Source: a virus
Taxonomy: Duplodnaviria; Caudoviricetes
Reading direction: 5' to 3' (one strand)
Length of the DNA stretch: 64,000 nt
Virus record (IMG/VR): IMGVR_UViG_3300027892_002613
Span: 1-64,000 of that record
Shown here: in pieces, positions 29,091 to 38,202 of the stretch
How the letters are laid out: every line of letters starts with the position of its first letter
How positions within the stretch are numbered: position 1 is the first letter of the stretch
Translations under genes and position numbers: made by a program
The notes under the pieces: model-generated
Seen by the model: the letters and a program-made list of their open reading frames with translations, nothing else
Database searches by the model: none
What the model was told of the DNA's origin: nothing

Positions 29091-31424
29091 ATGGCAGAAA
29101 AAATTGTATCACCTGGTGTATTTACAAGAGAGAACGACCTTTCTTTTTTACCACAAGGTATATCGCAAATAGGAGCAGCGATAGTTGGACCAACTGAAAA
29201 AGGACCAGCTTTCATCCCTACTTTAATAACAACACAGGCTGAGTATGAAAGTATTTTCGGTACTCCAAAAGATTACTACACAGGATATGCAGTTCAGAAC
29301 TATCTAAGAGATGCTGGTGCTGTAACTGTTGTAAGAGTTGGTGGTATCGGTGGATACTCTCAAAAAGGTTCATTAGCAGTTGTTGCAAATGATGTTAGTA
29401 CTGGAGTTAAACAAATTGTAGCAGTATTAGCACATAGTTCATCTGCACAATCTGCATCATTTACTATAGCTAATAGTACATTAGTTGGTGCGGCTGAGTT
29501 TGGAGTATTCTCTATCACAGGTTCTACTAGTCAATATAGAATGGATATGAAAAAGACTTCAGCTGATTCAATTGATGATGTATTAGGAACTTCACCTTCA
29601 TTCAACAGAGATGCATACGCTTATACTTATTTTGACCATACTAAAACCGCTTTATCATCTTCAACTATTGATGGCGATGTAGTTTTCGCATCGGATTCAG
29701 AAACTTTATCTGCACAAAATTTCACTGCTGATGCAAGTAATGCAAGTACTCCATATGTTCAATCTCAATTATATAATGGAACAACTAGATATAACCTATT
29801 TAGAATTCATACTATAGCTGATGGAAACACAGAGAACGTAAGATTCAAAGTTCAAATTTCTAACATCAAATCTTCAAATGGTTCAGATTATGGAACATTC
29901 AGTTTAGTATTAAGAGCATTTGGTGATACAGATAAGAGAAAATCAATTTTAGAACAATATAATAATTTAACATTAGACCCATCATCTCCTAACTTTGTTG
30001 GAAGAAGAATTGGTGATAGAGATGTAACAATTGATTCAGTAGGTAAAATTACTGAAACAGGAGATTATCAAAATAGAAGTAAGTTTATTAGAGTTGAAAT
30101 ATCAACTACTACATATCCTGTAACTGCTATTCCTTATGGACATGATAAGTATGAATTACCTGTTAATTGTATTGCAGCTGATTCAACTGATTTAACTGCA
30201 TTATTTCCAATTGTAACTTTCACATCGGCTTCATTCAGTTCATCAATATTCTCAAGTGGATTTGATTTTGAAACTGCAATCGTATCTGATAATAATAAAA
30301 ATTACTTATCTCCGTTACCTGTAGGTTCTGGAAATGGTGCTAACTACTCTTTCGGTTTAGACAACCCTAAAGGAGTTACTTCATTCTCAAGATACGGATT
30401 AGGATTAAGTGCGGCTGAAACAACTGATTCAACTCAAGTCGCAATGAGAAACTTCACTTTGGCTTTTCAAGGTGGATGGGATGGAATTGACCCAACTATA
30501 ACAATTAATAAGGGAGAAGATATTAGTGCAACGAATACACAAGGATTCAATTGTGCATCATCAACGACAAGTGGTTCAGTAGCTTATGCTAAAGCATTAA
30601 ACGCTGTTCAAAATCCTGATGAATATGATATCAACTTATTAATCACTCCTGGTATTATCAGACAATATCATCCTTATGTAACAACGAAGGCAATCGATAT
30701 TTGTCAAGAAAGAGAAGATGTATTCTACATTGCAGATTTTGCTGGTGCAGGTGCTACTATTTCAGAAGCAGTTGAGCAAGCAGCAGGAGAAGATTCTAAC
30801 TATGTAGGTACATACTATCCTTGGATTAAAACTATCGATGTAAATACAAACAAATTAGTAGCAGTTCCACCATCAGTATTATTAGCAGGAACATATGCAC
30901 AGAATGATAGATTAGGTGCTGAGTGGTTCGCACCAGCTGGTTTAAATAGAGGTGGGATTGCAGGAGCAGTTCAAGTATTGAATAGATTAACTCAATCAGA
31001 AAGAGATACATTATATGAAGGTAAAGTAAACCCAATCGCAACATTCCCTGGACAAGGTATTAGTGCATTTGGACAAAAAACTTTACAAGATAAAGCATCT
31101 GCATTGGATAGAATCAACGTAAGAAGATTGTTAATTAACTTAAAGAAGTTTGTTGCATCTACTTCAAGATTCTTAGTGTTCGAACAAAATACGGCACAAA
31201 CAAGAAGTAAATTCTTAAATACTGTAAACCCTTACTTAGAAGCAGTTCAACAAAGACAAGGACTTTACGCATTTAGAGTGGTTATGGATGAGACAAATAA
31301 TACACCAGATGTAATCGACAGAAACATATTACAAGGTTCTGTGTTTTTACAACCTTCTAAGACGGCTGAATTCATCGTAATTGATTTCAACATCTTACCG
31401 ACGGGGGCAACATTTAGTGTATAA
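29091..31424 (+). CDS. Tail sheath protein (gp18-like)
   Basis: SPGVFTRENDLS, G...KGP, WFAPAGLNRG, GQKTLQ...SALDRINVRRL, FEQN and AEFI motifs. Confidence 0.95.
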   Translation: MAEKIVSPGVFTRENDLSFLPQGISQIGAAIVGPTEKGPAFIPTLITTQAEYESIFGTPKDYYTGYAVQNYLRDAGAVTVVRVGGIGGYSQKGSLAVVANDVSTGVKQIVAVLAHSSSAQSASFTIANSTLVGAAEFGVFSITGSTSQYRMDMKKTSADSIDDVLGTSPSFNRDAYAYTYFDHTKTALSSSTIDGDVVFASDSETLSAQNFTADASNASTPYVQSQLYNGTTRYNLFRIHTIADGNTENVRFKVQISNIKSSNGSDYGTFSLVLRAFGDTDKRKSILEQYNNLTLDPSSPNFVGRRIGDRDVTIDSVGKITETGDYQNRSKFIRVEISTTTYPVTAIPYGHDKYELPVNCIAADSTDLTALFPIVTFTSASFSSSIFSSGFDFETAIVSDNNKNYLSPLPVGSGNGANYSFGLDNPKGVTSFSRYGLGLSAAETTDSTQVAMRNFTLAFQGGWDGIDPTITINKGEDISATNTQGFNCASSTTSGSVAYAKALNAVQNPDEYDINLLITPGIIRQYHPYVTTKAIDICQEREDVFYIADFAGAGATISEAVEQAAGEDSNYVGTYYPWIKTIDVNTNKLVAVPPSVLLAGTYAQNDRLGAEWFAPAGLNRGGIAGAVQVLNRLTQSERDTLYEGKVNPIATFPGQGISAFGQKTLQDKASALDRINVRRLLINLKKFVASTSRFLVFEQNTAQTRSKFLNTVNPYLEAVQQRQGLYAFRVVMDETNNTPDVIDRNILQGSVFLQPSKTAEFIVIDFNILPTGATFSV

Positions 31425-31460
31425 TTTCAATAACTGATATTTATATAAAAGAAATAAAAA

Positions 31461-31952
31461 ATGGCAGAAGTATTAGAATTTAACGAAATGTTTTATACCA
31501 ATTTCGAACCTAAGATGAAAAACAGATTCATCGTAGAAATAGATGGTATTCCTTCATACTTAGTAAAAGTGGCTAACAGACCTACAATTCAATTTGAAAC
31601 TGTAGTGTTAGACCATATCAACATCAAAAGAAAGTTAAAAGGTAAAGGTGATTGGCAAGATTTATCTATGACACTTTACGACCCAATTGTTCCATCTGGA
31701 GCACAAGCGGTAATGGAGTGGATTAGAACATCACATGAATCGTTGACAGGTAGAGATGGATACGCAGAATTCTATAAGAAGGATGTGGATTTCTATATGT
31801 TAGGTCCAGTAGGTGATAAGATTGAACAATGGAAATTAAAAGGTGCATATATCCAACAAGCGAACTTTGGTGAGTTAGATTGGAGTAATGCTACAGACCC
31901 TGCAACAATCGAAATCACATTAACTTACGATTACGCAATCTTAGAATTCTAA
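31461..31952 (+). CDS. Tail tube protein (gp19-like)
   Basis: EPK.KNRF, YKKD, W.L.GA....NFG.LDW and L.YDYA motifs; follows the sheath gene. Confidence 0.9.
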   Translation: MAEVLEFNEMFYTNFEPKMKNRFIVEIDGIPSYLVKVANRPTIQFETVVLDHINIKRKLKGKGDWQDLSMTLYDPIVPSGAQAVMEWIRTSHESLTGRDGYAEFYKKDVDFYMLGPVGDKIEQWKLKGAYIQQANFGELDWSNATDPATIEITLTYDYAILEF

Positions 31953-31984
31953 ATAATATTCCTTACGGATGCTACCGAAGGACA

Positions 31985-32020
31985 GCCCTCATCAGAAATG
32001 GTGGGGGTTTTTTGTTTTTT
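31985..32020 (+). terminator. Rho-independent terminator after the tail tube gene
   Basis: GCCCTCATCA-GAAA-TGGTGGGGGT followed by a T-tract; a second hairpin CCTT.CGG...CCG.AAGG precedes it at 31961-31981. Confidence 0.85.
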
Positions 32021-32067
32021 GAAAAATTAAGATATATATATTTATATACAAACAATAAGTTATTATT

Positions 32068-32829
32068 ATGGCAGAAACCAATTACGATTTTCCAACGGAG
32101 GTTATAACACTCCCATCAGAGGGTAAAGCATACCCAGAATCAAACCCATTATCAAAGGGTACAATAGAAATCAAATATATGACGGCTAAGGAGGAGGAAA
32201 TTCTATCTTCACAAAACCTTATTAAAAAAGGTGTTGTGTTAGATAAATTATTTGAATCCATTATAGTTGAAAAAAGTATTAATATCGATGATATTTTAAT
32301 CGGAGATAAGAATGCTATTATGTTAGCTACTCGTATATTAGCATATGGACCTCAATATGAAGTTGAAACATATGGTAATAGTGATGATAGAGAGACGGTT
32401 CATATAGATTTAACCAGTATCAGAACAAAAGATATCGATTCTACTAAATTAAAAAGAGATAATAGATATGAGTTCACAACCCCATCCGGTAATAAATTAG
32501 TTATTAAACTATTAACTCATGGAGATGAGGGTAAGATAGATGCGGATATCAAAGCATTATCTAAATTTAATAAAGGAGGAGTTAGTGCAGAATTAACAAC
32601 TCGTTATCGTTATATGATACAATCGGTAGATGGCAAAGAGGATATGAAATCTATAACAGATTTTATCAATAATAGATTTATAACTAGAGATACTAGAGCA
32701 ATGAGAGAGTTTATTAAAGAAATATCTCCTGATGTAGTTATGGAATACGAATACGAAGACCCTGAGACAGGAGAAAAGGAGGTACGTCCGATTCCAATGG
32801 GCGTAGGCTTTTTTTACCCTTCCCTCTAA
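32068..32829 (+). CDS. Tail/baseplate assembly chaperone (T4 gp26-like)
   Basis: LPS.G..Y, IKYMTAKEEEIL, GDKNAI....R..AYG..Y and C-terminal PMGVGFFYP; lies between tube and tape measure genes. Confidence 0.75.
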   Translation: MAETNYDFPTEVITLPSEGKAYPESNPLSKGTIEIKYMTAKEEEILSSQNLIKKGVVLDKLFESIIVEKSINIDDILIGDKNAIMLATRILAYGPQYEVETYGNSDDRETVHIDLTSIRTKDIDSTKLKRDNRYEFTTPSGNKLVIKLLTHGDEGKIDADIKALSKFNKGGVSAELTTRYRYMIQSVDGKEDMKSITDFINNRFITRDTRAMREFIKEISPDVVMEYEYEDPETGEKEVRPIPMGVGFFYPSL

Positions 32830-33043
32830 TTATTCGGTTCAATTACATAATCAAATATTTGAATTATGTTATTATGGAAATGGGTTTACTCAATTGGAGG
32901 TCTATAAACTTCCGGTTCATTTGAGGAACTTTTATTATAAGAAATTAGCGGATGCTAAAAAAACTGAAAATGATAGTATGAAAAAGCAATCAAATTCAGC
33001 CGGAAAACCAAAGACACCATCAAAAGTGAGAGTTAATAGATAA
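32810..33043 (+). CDS. Start-less ORF, probable frameshift extension of the chaperone (G-T-like fusion); not in the ORF track
   Basis: The +1 frame reads FFTLPSNYSVQLHNQIFELCYYGNGFTQLEVYKLPVHLRNFYYKKLADAKKTEND...VRVNR*. It is bounded upstream by TAG at 32804 and has no ATG until near its end. Confidence 0.65.
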   Translation, partial: FFTLPSNYSVQLHNQIFELCYYGNGFTQLEVYKLPVHLRNFYYKKLADAKKTENDSMKKQSNSAGKPKTPSKVRVNR

Positions 33044-33093
33044 CTCTCATTTTTTTTATAATGATATTTATAAGAGTATAAACATACTTCAAA

Positions 33094-33348
33094 ATGAAAT
33101 TAAAAGTAACAAAAGAAGAAAAAGCTAAATTAACCGAAGTTCTTACTAAACATAAGGGTATGAATGAAGGTATAATTAAATGGATTTTCAACAAATATCT
33201 TACAAACAAAATCAAAAACGATAGTGATATTATGAGTAAGATTACTGCAGCTGATAGAGCTATGGATAATCTTAAAAATAGTATTGCTGATGTTGAAAAA
33301 AGAGGGTATAAAGTAGACCCGGAGCTTAAAAAAATGGTTGGATTATAA
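33094..33348 (+). CDS. Hypothetical protein (84 aa)
   Basis: ORF preceded by ATATTTATA at 33064. Confidence 0.6.
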   Translation: MKLKVTKEEKAKLTEVLTKHKGMNEGIIKWIFNKYLTNKIKNDSDIMSKITAADRAMDNLKNSIADVEKRGYKVDPELKKMVGL

Positions 33349-33364
33349 TAAATTCTATTTCTAA

Positions 33365-35863
33365 ATGAGTGGAAACGGACATGATAATGGTGGTGCAGAA
33401 GAAAGGAATAATTTAGAGAAGGAATATCAAGACCTTCTAAAAGTTAGTACTTCTCAGATAGGTATTATGCAAAGGCAAATGGATATCTATGCGGATACCT
33501 ATGCGAATTTGACTCCGATAGGAAAAAAACACATTGACCAATTAAGAGAAGGAACAGATGGGTTATCTGACCAAAAATCATTAGTAACTCAAATAAACAA
33601 ATACAAAAAAGAGAGAAATTTTTTAGAAGATAAATATAAACAAACTGGATATAGTATATATTCCGATTTAGGTGCTCAAATGCAGCTTCAGATTGATGCA
33701 CTTAATGTAATGAATAAACGTATAAGTGCTATTAAAGCAGTTGGTGATGCAGCAGACCATACTGCCGAAAGTGTCAATGGCATACTTACAGGAATGGAAC
33801 ATCATTTAAATGATATACCATTAGTAGGGGGCATGTTTGCAAAAATAGCAAAAGGTCCTGTTCATCATTTACAACATGCTATAACAGAATCGGCAGGAGC
33901 ATTTAAAGTTGGATTTGGTAAAGCATTATCTGAAGGTAAAACTGGGTTTCAAGCGTTGGGAGCAGCGGGCAACGCATCGTTTGCTTCATTTGGAGCACTT
34001 CTTAATCCAGTTGTATTAGCAATCGCTGCAATAGGATTGGCAATAGGAGCAGGATTTGCTAGAATGCATGAATTAGAAGCAGCGGCAACAGATTTTAAAG
34101 TTCAAACGGGTTTAGCGGGAATTAATCTACATGATATAGAATCTACTATACATCATGCTCAAATGGGTATGTTGGATATAGGGGTAACCGCAGGAGAAAT
34201 GAGTAAAGCGATGTCGGAGTTCACAAATGAATTCTCAGATTTATCCATACCAGCTGAATCAACTGCAATGTCGGTTGCAATGATGTCAAAGCAATTTGGT
34301 GTATTCGGCGCGGAAGTAGCTGGGGTTAACAAACTATTCCAAAATATGGGAGGGTTATCAGAACAACAGGCTCAATATTTAGCGGGTTCAGTTGTGGAAA
34401 TGGCTAATTTGGCAGCTGTTGCACCTGATACTGTAATTAAAGATTTATCTCAAAATACTAAGGAGATAATGATATATAATAGAGGTAGTGTAAAAGAACT
34501 TGCTAAGATGGCGGTTAATGCTGCTAAATTAGGAACTTCTATGAAGGAAACCGCTGCAGTATCAGAAAAACTTTTAGATTTTGAAGATAGTATAACAAAA
34601 GAATTAGAATTAAGTGCTTTAGTTGGAAGAGATTTAAATTTTGCTAGAGCTAGAGAATTGGCTTTTGCAGGTGATACGTTAGGGGCTCAGCAAGAAATGG
34701 TTAAGCAATTAGACCAAATGGGAGACCTTAGTCAATTAGATGCAATTACCAAAAAACAAATAGAGGAAACAACTGGAATGGAATTAGATTCTTTAGTAAA
34801 TCAACAAAGAATTAGAAAACAATTTGGTACATTAGGTAAAGACCAATTAGCAGCAGCGAATGCATTATTAGATAAAGGAATAGATATAAACGATGTAAGT
34901 GAAGAAGATTTGGTAGCTCAGACTAAGAGAATGAAGCAACAAGAAAATATGCAAGATTTGATGGCTAAAATAGGAAATAAGTTATCAGCAATAGGAGTTG
35001 CATTTAGTGATATGTTTGCACCTTTAGGTCTTTTTGTAGTAAATGTATTAGGTGGTCTAGTAAGTGTACTTAGTGGTGTAATAGTTCCTATATTTAAAAC
35101 ATTGGGTACAATAATGTACTATGCATTTAAACCAATTAATTATGCAGTATCTTCATTTGGAAAATTAATAGATTATGCAAAGCAATATTATGATTATATT
35201 ATTGCAGCGGGAATAGGTGCAGGGATTGTATTGGCATACACTAATAGACAGGTTATTGCGGATGGAGCGGTTAATGCGGTTAAATTTATAGGAAATCAAT
35301 TATCAAAAGAAGGTTGGTTGTATCAAACATACCAAACTGTGGCAACTTTCGCTACCGCTGCAGCTCAATCGGCATTGAACTTCGTAAAAAATCTAGGCTC
35401 GGCAACAGGTAGAAAAGATTTAATGCTATCAATTGCTAAAATGGCTACAACAGCATATGAATCTGTAGCCAAAATACCATACATTGGACCTATTTTAGGT
35501 GCAATTGCAGCGGCTGGAGCATATGCATTAGGTAAAAGTTATTTCTCAAAAGCAGGTGATGTGAATTCTCCTGCTGATGGTAAAACCCGTATATCAACTA
35601 AAGAAGGTGGGTTATTTGAATTATCACCAAATGATGATTTTGCAGCAGGTGTCGGAATATCAGATGCATTAGAAGGTGGTGTAAGTGGAAACGCTTCGGC
35701 TGGAGGCGGTGGAGCAATAGCAGGATTAGTTAATTCAATGATAACAGAAATAAGAGGATTAAGAACTGATTTAGCATCAGGAAAGGTTGCAGTTTATATG
35801 GATGGTAGATTGGTTACTGCGCAAGTTGCTTCAGCAGCATCTAAAAACCCAGTAACTTCTTAA
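33365..35863 (+). CDS. Tape measure protein
   Basis: Long Ala/Gly-rich helical protein with hydrophobic segments, LLDFEDSI..ELE motif; position after tube and chaperone. Confidence 0.85.
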   Translation: MSGNGHDNGGAEERNNLEKEYQDLLKVSTSQIGIMQRQMDIYADTYANLTPIGKKHIDQLREGTDGLSDQKSLVTQINKYKKERNFLEDKYKQTGYSIYSDLGAQMQLQIDALNVMNKRISAIKAVGDAADHTAESVNGILTGMEHHLNDIPLVGGMFAKIAKGPVHHLQHAITESAGAFKVGFGKALSEGKTGFQALGAAGNASFASFGALLNPVVLAIAAIGLAIGAGFARMHELEAAATDFKVQTGLAGINLHDIESTIHHAQMGMLDIGVTAGEMSKAMSEFTNEFSDLSIPAESTAMSVAMMSKQFGVFGAEVAGVNKLFQNMGGLSEQQAQYLAGSVVEMANLAAVAPDTVIKDLSQNTKEIMIYNRGSVKELAKMAVNAAKLGTSMKETAAVSEKLLDFEDSITKELELSALVGRDLNFARARELAFAGDTLGAQQEMVKQLDQMGDLSQLDAITKKQIEETTGMELDSLVNQQRIRKQFGTLGKDQLAAANALLDKGIDINDVSEEDLVAQTKRMKQQENMQDLMAKIGNKLSAIGVAFSDMFAPLGLFVVNVLGGLVSVLSGVIVPIFKTLGTIMYYAFKPINYAVSSFGKLIDYAKQYYDYIIAAGIGAGIVLAYTNRQVIADGAVNAVKFIGNQLSKEGWLYQTYQTVATFATAAAQSALNFVKNLGSATGRKDLMLSIAKMATTAYESVAKIPYIGPILGAIAAAGAYALGKSYFSKAGDVNSPADGKTRISTKEGGLFELSPNDDFAAGVGISDALEGGVSGNASAGGGGAIAGLVNSMITEIRGLRTDLASGKVAVYMDGRLVTAQVASAASKNPVTS

Positions 35864-35869
35864 TAAATA

Positions 35870-37918
35870 ATGGGAAAATCAATATTAGAACTTTTTGAAA
35901 GTAAAGCGGTATCAAAACAAATACCTCAAGATAAACCTACGAGTGGAACACCTCAGGAAGGTCAATTTCTTATTGATAGAAATAATAAGGTAGGTGCATT
36001 TTTTACCAGAATATTAGGAACGGGAGACCCATTAAAAGAAACTGCATTTGAGCAGGAAACAAATGGTAACAGAGTTAGAACATTTGTAAACCAAACTGCA
36101 CTTTACGGAACTGATTTAATTAGAATAACTAACCAATCAACTGATGTGGTTGATGGTATGAAAGCGGCTAAAACAAGTGAAGCTAATGCAAATTTGGTTG
36201 CTATATTAGATAACGCAAATAAGATAGAGGGTAATAAAGGATTCGTTGGAAAGGTAAATCGTTTCTTAGGGATACCACGAATAATATACCCATCATCATT
36301 AAGAGCAAATCCAAAATTCTTAGAAGCGGCACCTAGAAAACCAGAAACATTAGCTGAAATTAGAAAAGATGCAGCTGGTACTTTATTTGGTAGATACTTA
36401 AAAGATACCGGAACAGGAACTCCTCAACAGGCATCTAAAAGAGTAATAGGTGGTGGATTGAGTTTAGCTAAAGGAGTTGTTAGAAATGCATTAATTGGAA
36501 AAGAAAAAATTGTAGTAATAACATCGGGAAGCTTAGATAACTTTAACCAAAAGTATTATTTTGGAAATACATATCAGGCATCAATGACAACTCAAACTTT
36601 ACCTGACTCAAAAAATACATTTGATATATCACTTAATTCACCTATTTTTGGATTTAATAACAAAGATGGTAAGTTTGGTAAAACTAGATATTCAAATCAA
36701 AGTAGTTATGGGTTTGAATTATCCGATACAACTGCTAATCGAAAAAAAGGTGAACCAACTCAACTCCAACTGTCATTATTTTATAATACTTGGAAAAAGG
36801 ATGATGTAATAAACATGGCGGGTCCATATGATGGTGGGAGAGGTGGTGAAGTAAAGGATGGCCAACTTGTTGTGCTTGTAGGCTTCGATGGGAAGGTTGG
36901 GGGTGGATTACTTAATTCAAAAGAAGGAATTCTAAATTTCTTAAAACCAAAAAGTTTACAAAGAGAGAATTGGCAGAAAGATAGATACACATTAGATAAG
37001 AATACCAAAACTATTACATCAGGTGGAAAAAGATATGATGAAACATTAGATAAAAGAAGAGGAATATCAACCGATAGAGATGTTCTAAATCAAACAGGTA
37101 GATTAACTGCGGGAGAATTAAATAGTGTTAAGTTCAATGATAAAACATTAGTAAATACAGATTTCGCTCCACTTAGATTTAAAAGTGTATCAGATGGCTC
37201 TGCTGTTTATTTTAGAAGTATAGTAAGTGGATTCAACGAAACGTTCTCTCCATCATGGGAAGAAAGTAGAATGATTGGTTCGCCATTTAGTTTTTATACA
37301 TACCAAAAGATAGAAAGAAAATTAACTTTCAATATGAAGGTTTATGCAATGTCTCAATCTGAATTGGTAATGATGTGGAGAAGATTAGAATATTTAGCAC
37401 ACTTAACATATCCGGCATCATATTCAGGAGGTGGAATTGTTCAACCTAATTTAGTTAAGTTTACATTTGGTAGTATCTATACTGATAAAGTTTGTTTTAT
37501 AGATGCGTTAACATATTCGATTGAAGATAGTGAAAACCTTTGGGAAACAGGTGGAGGAAAAGTTAAAAACAAAAGAGGTAGGTACTTATTCGATGGTACT
37601 TTTTATAAAGATGCTACAAACTCAGGACCTACTTTAACTACTACAACTGCTGAGGTATATGAGACTTCTAGAGATAGAATAATGCAATCGGATGCACTAT
37701 CTACTAATTCAAAGTATGTAAACGAAATATATAGTAAAAAAGATAAAAAGAGTAATATTCATACTGAAACTGATAGAGATACAGTTTCAACCGGTAATTA
37801 TAATATGGATGAATATAAATTACCTAAGATAATAAATGCGGCAGTTGGCTTAACATTTATTGAGAGTAGAAATGATACTACTGCTAATATTTACGGATAC
37901 GGTAAACCTATAACATAA
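35870..37918 (+). CDS. Baseplate / tail tube initiator-like protein
   Basis: PLRF...VYFRS.VSGFNETFSPSW....IG....YTY...ER.LTF tube-like domain; follows the tape measure gene. Confidence 0.6.
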   Translation: MGKSILELFESKAVSKQIPQDKPTSGTPQEGQFLIDRNNKVGAFFTRILGTGDPLKETAFEQETNGNRVRTFVNQTALYGTDLIRITNQSTDVVDGMKAAKTSEANANLVAILDNANKIEGNKGFVGKVNRFLGIPRIIYPSSLRANPKFLEAAPRKPETLAEIRKDAAGTLFGRYLKDTGTGTPQQASKRVIGGGLSLAKGVVRNALIGKEKIVVITSGSLDNFNQKYYFGNTYQASMTTQTLPDSKNTFDISLNSPIFGFNNKDGKFGKTRYSNQSSYGFELSDTTANRKKGEPTQLQLSLFYNTWKKDDVINMAGPYDGGRGGEVKDGQLVVLVGFDGKVGGGLLNSKEGILNFLKPKSLQRENWQKDRYTLDKNTKTITSGGKRYDETLDKRRGISTDRDVLNQTGRLTAGELNSVKFNDKTLVNTDFAPLRFKSVSDGSAVYFRSIVSGFNETFSPSWEESRMIGSPFSFYTYQKIERKLTFNMKVYAMSQSELVMMWRRLEYLAHLTYPASYSGGGIVQPNLVKFTFGSIYTDKVCFIDALTYSIEDSENLWETGGGKVKNKRGRYLFDGTFYKDATNSGPTLTTTTAEVYETSRDRIMQSDALSTNSKYVNEIYSKKDKKSNIHTETDRDTVSTGNYNMDEYKLPKIINAAVGLTFIESRNDTTANIYGYGKPIT

Positions 37919-37919
37919 T

Positions 37920-38198
37920 ATGAGATACAATAGTGTAAAGACAAAAAGATTGGCTACCGGTAAAAAAGTATTAACAACGGTGATACCTCGTACTATTGAA
38001 AAAAGAGATGATGATATTTACATTATTACTCAGGAAACAGATAGATTGGATTTACTTGCACAACAATTTTATGGTGAGAGTAAACTATGGTGGATTATTG
38101 CACAGGCGAATAATATAAATGGAGCTAATATAGGTTTAGATGGTGGTATTCAATTGAGAATTCCAAAGAATAAATTTTTGATAATAAATAATTTATAG
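37920..38198 (+). CDS. LysM-like baseplate protein (gp53 / tail X-like)
   Basis: DRLDLLAQQFYGESKLWWIIAQANN...G.QLRIP. Confidence 0.85.
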   Translation: MRYNSVKTKRLATGKKVLTTVIPRTIEKRDDDIYIITQETDRLDLLAQQFYGESKLWWIIAQANNINGANIGLDGGIQLRIPKNKFLIINNL

Positions 38199-38202
38199 AA
38201 TT

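Noticed and set aside
32776-32783. AAGGAGGT Shine-Dalgarno-like sequence near the frameshift site
   Set aside because: It lies about 25 nt upstream of the T-run, too far for known SD-stimulated shifting; it simply encodes KEV, and other genes lack SD motifs.
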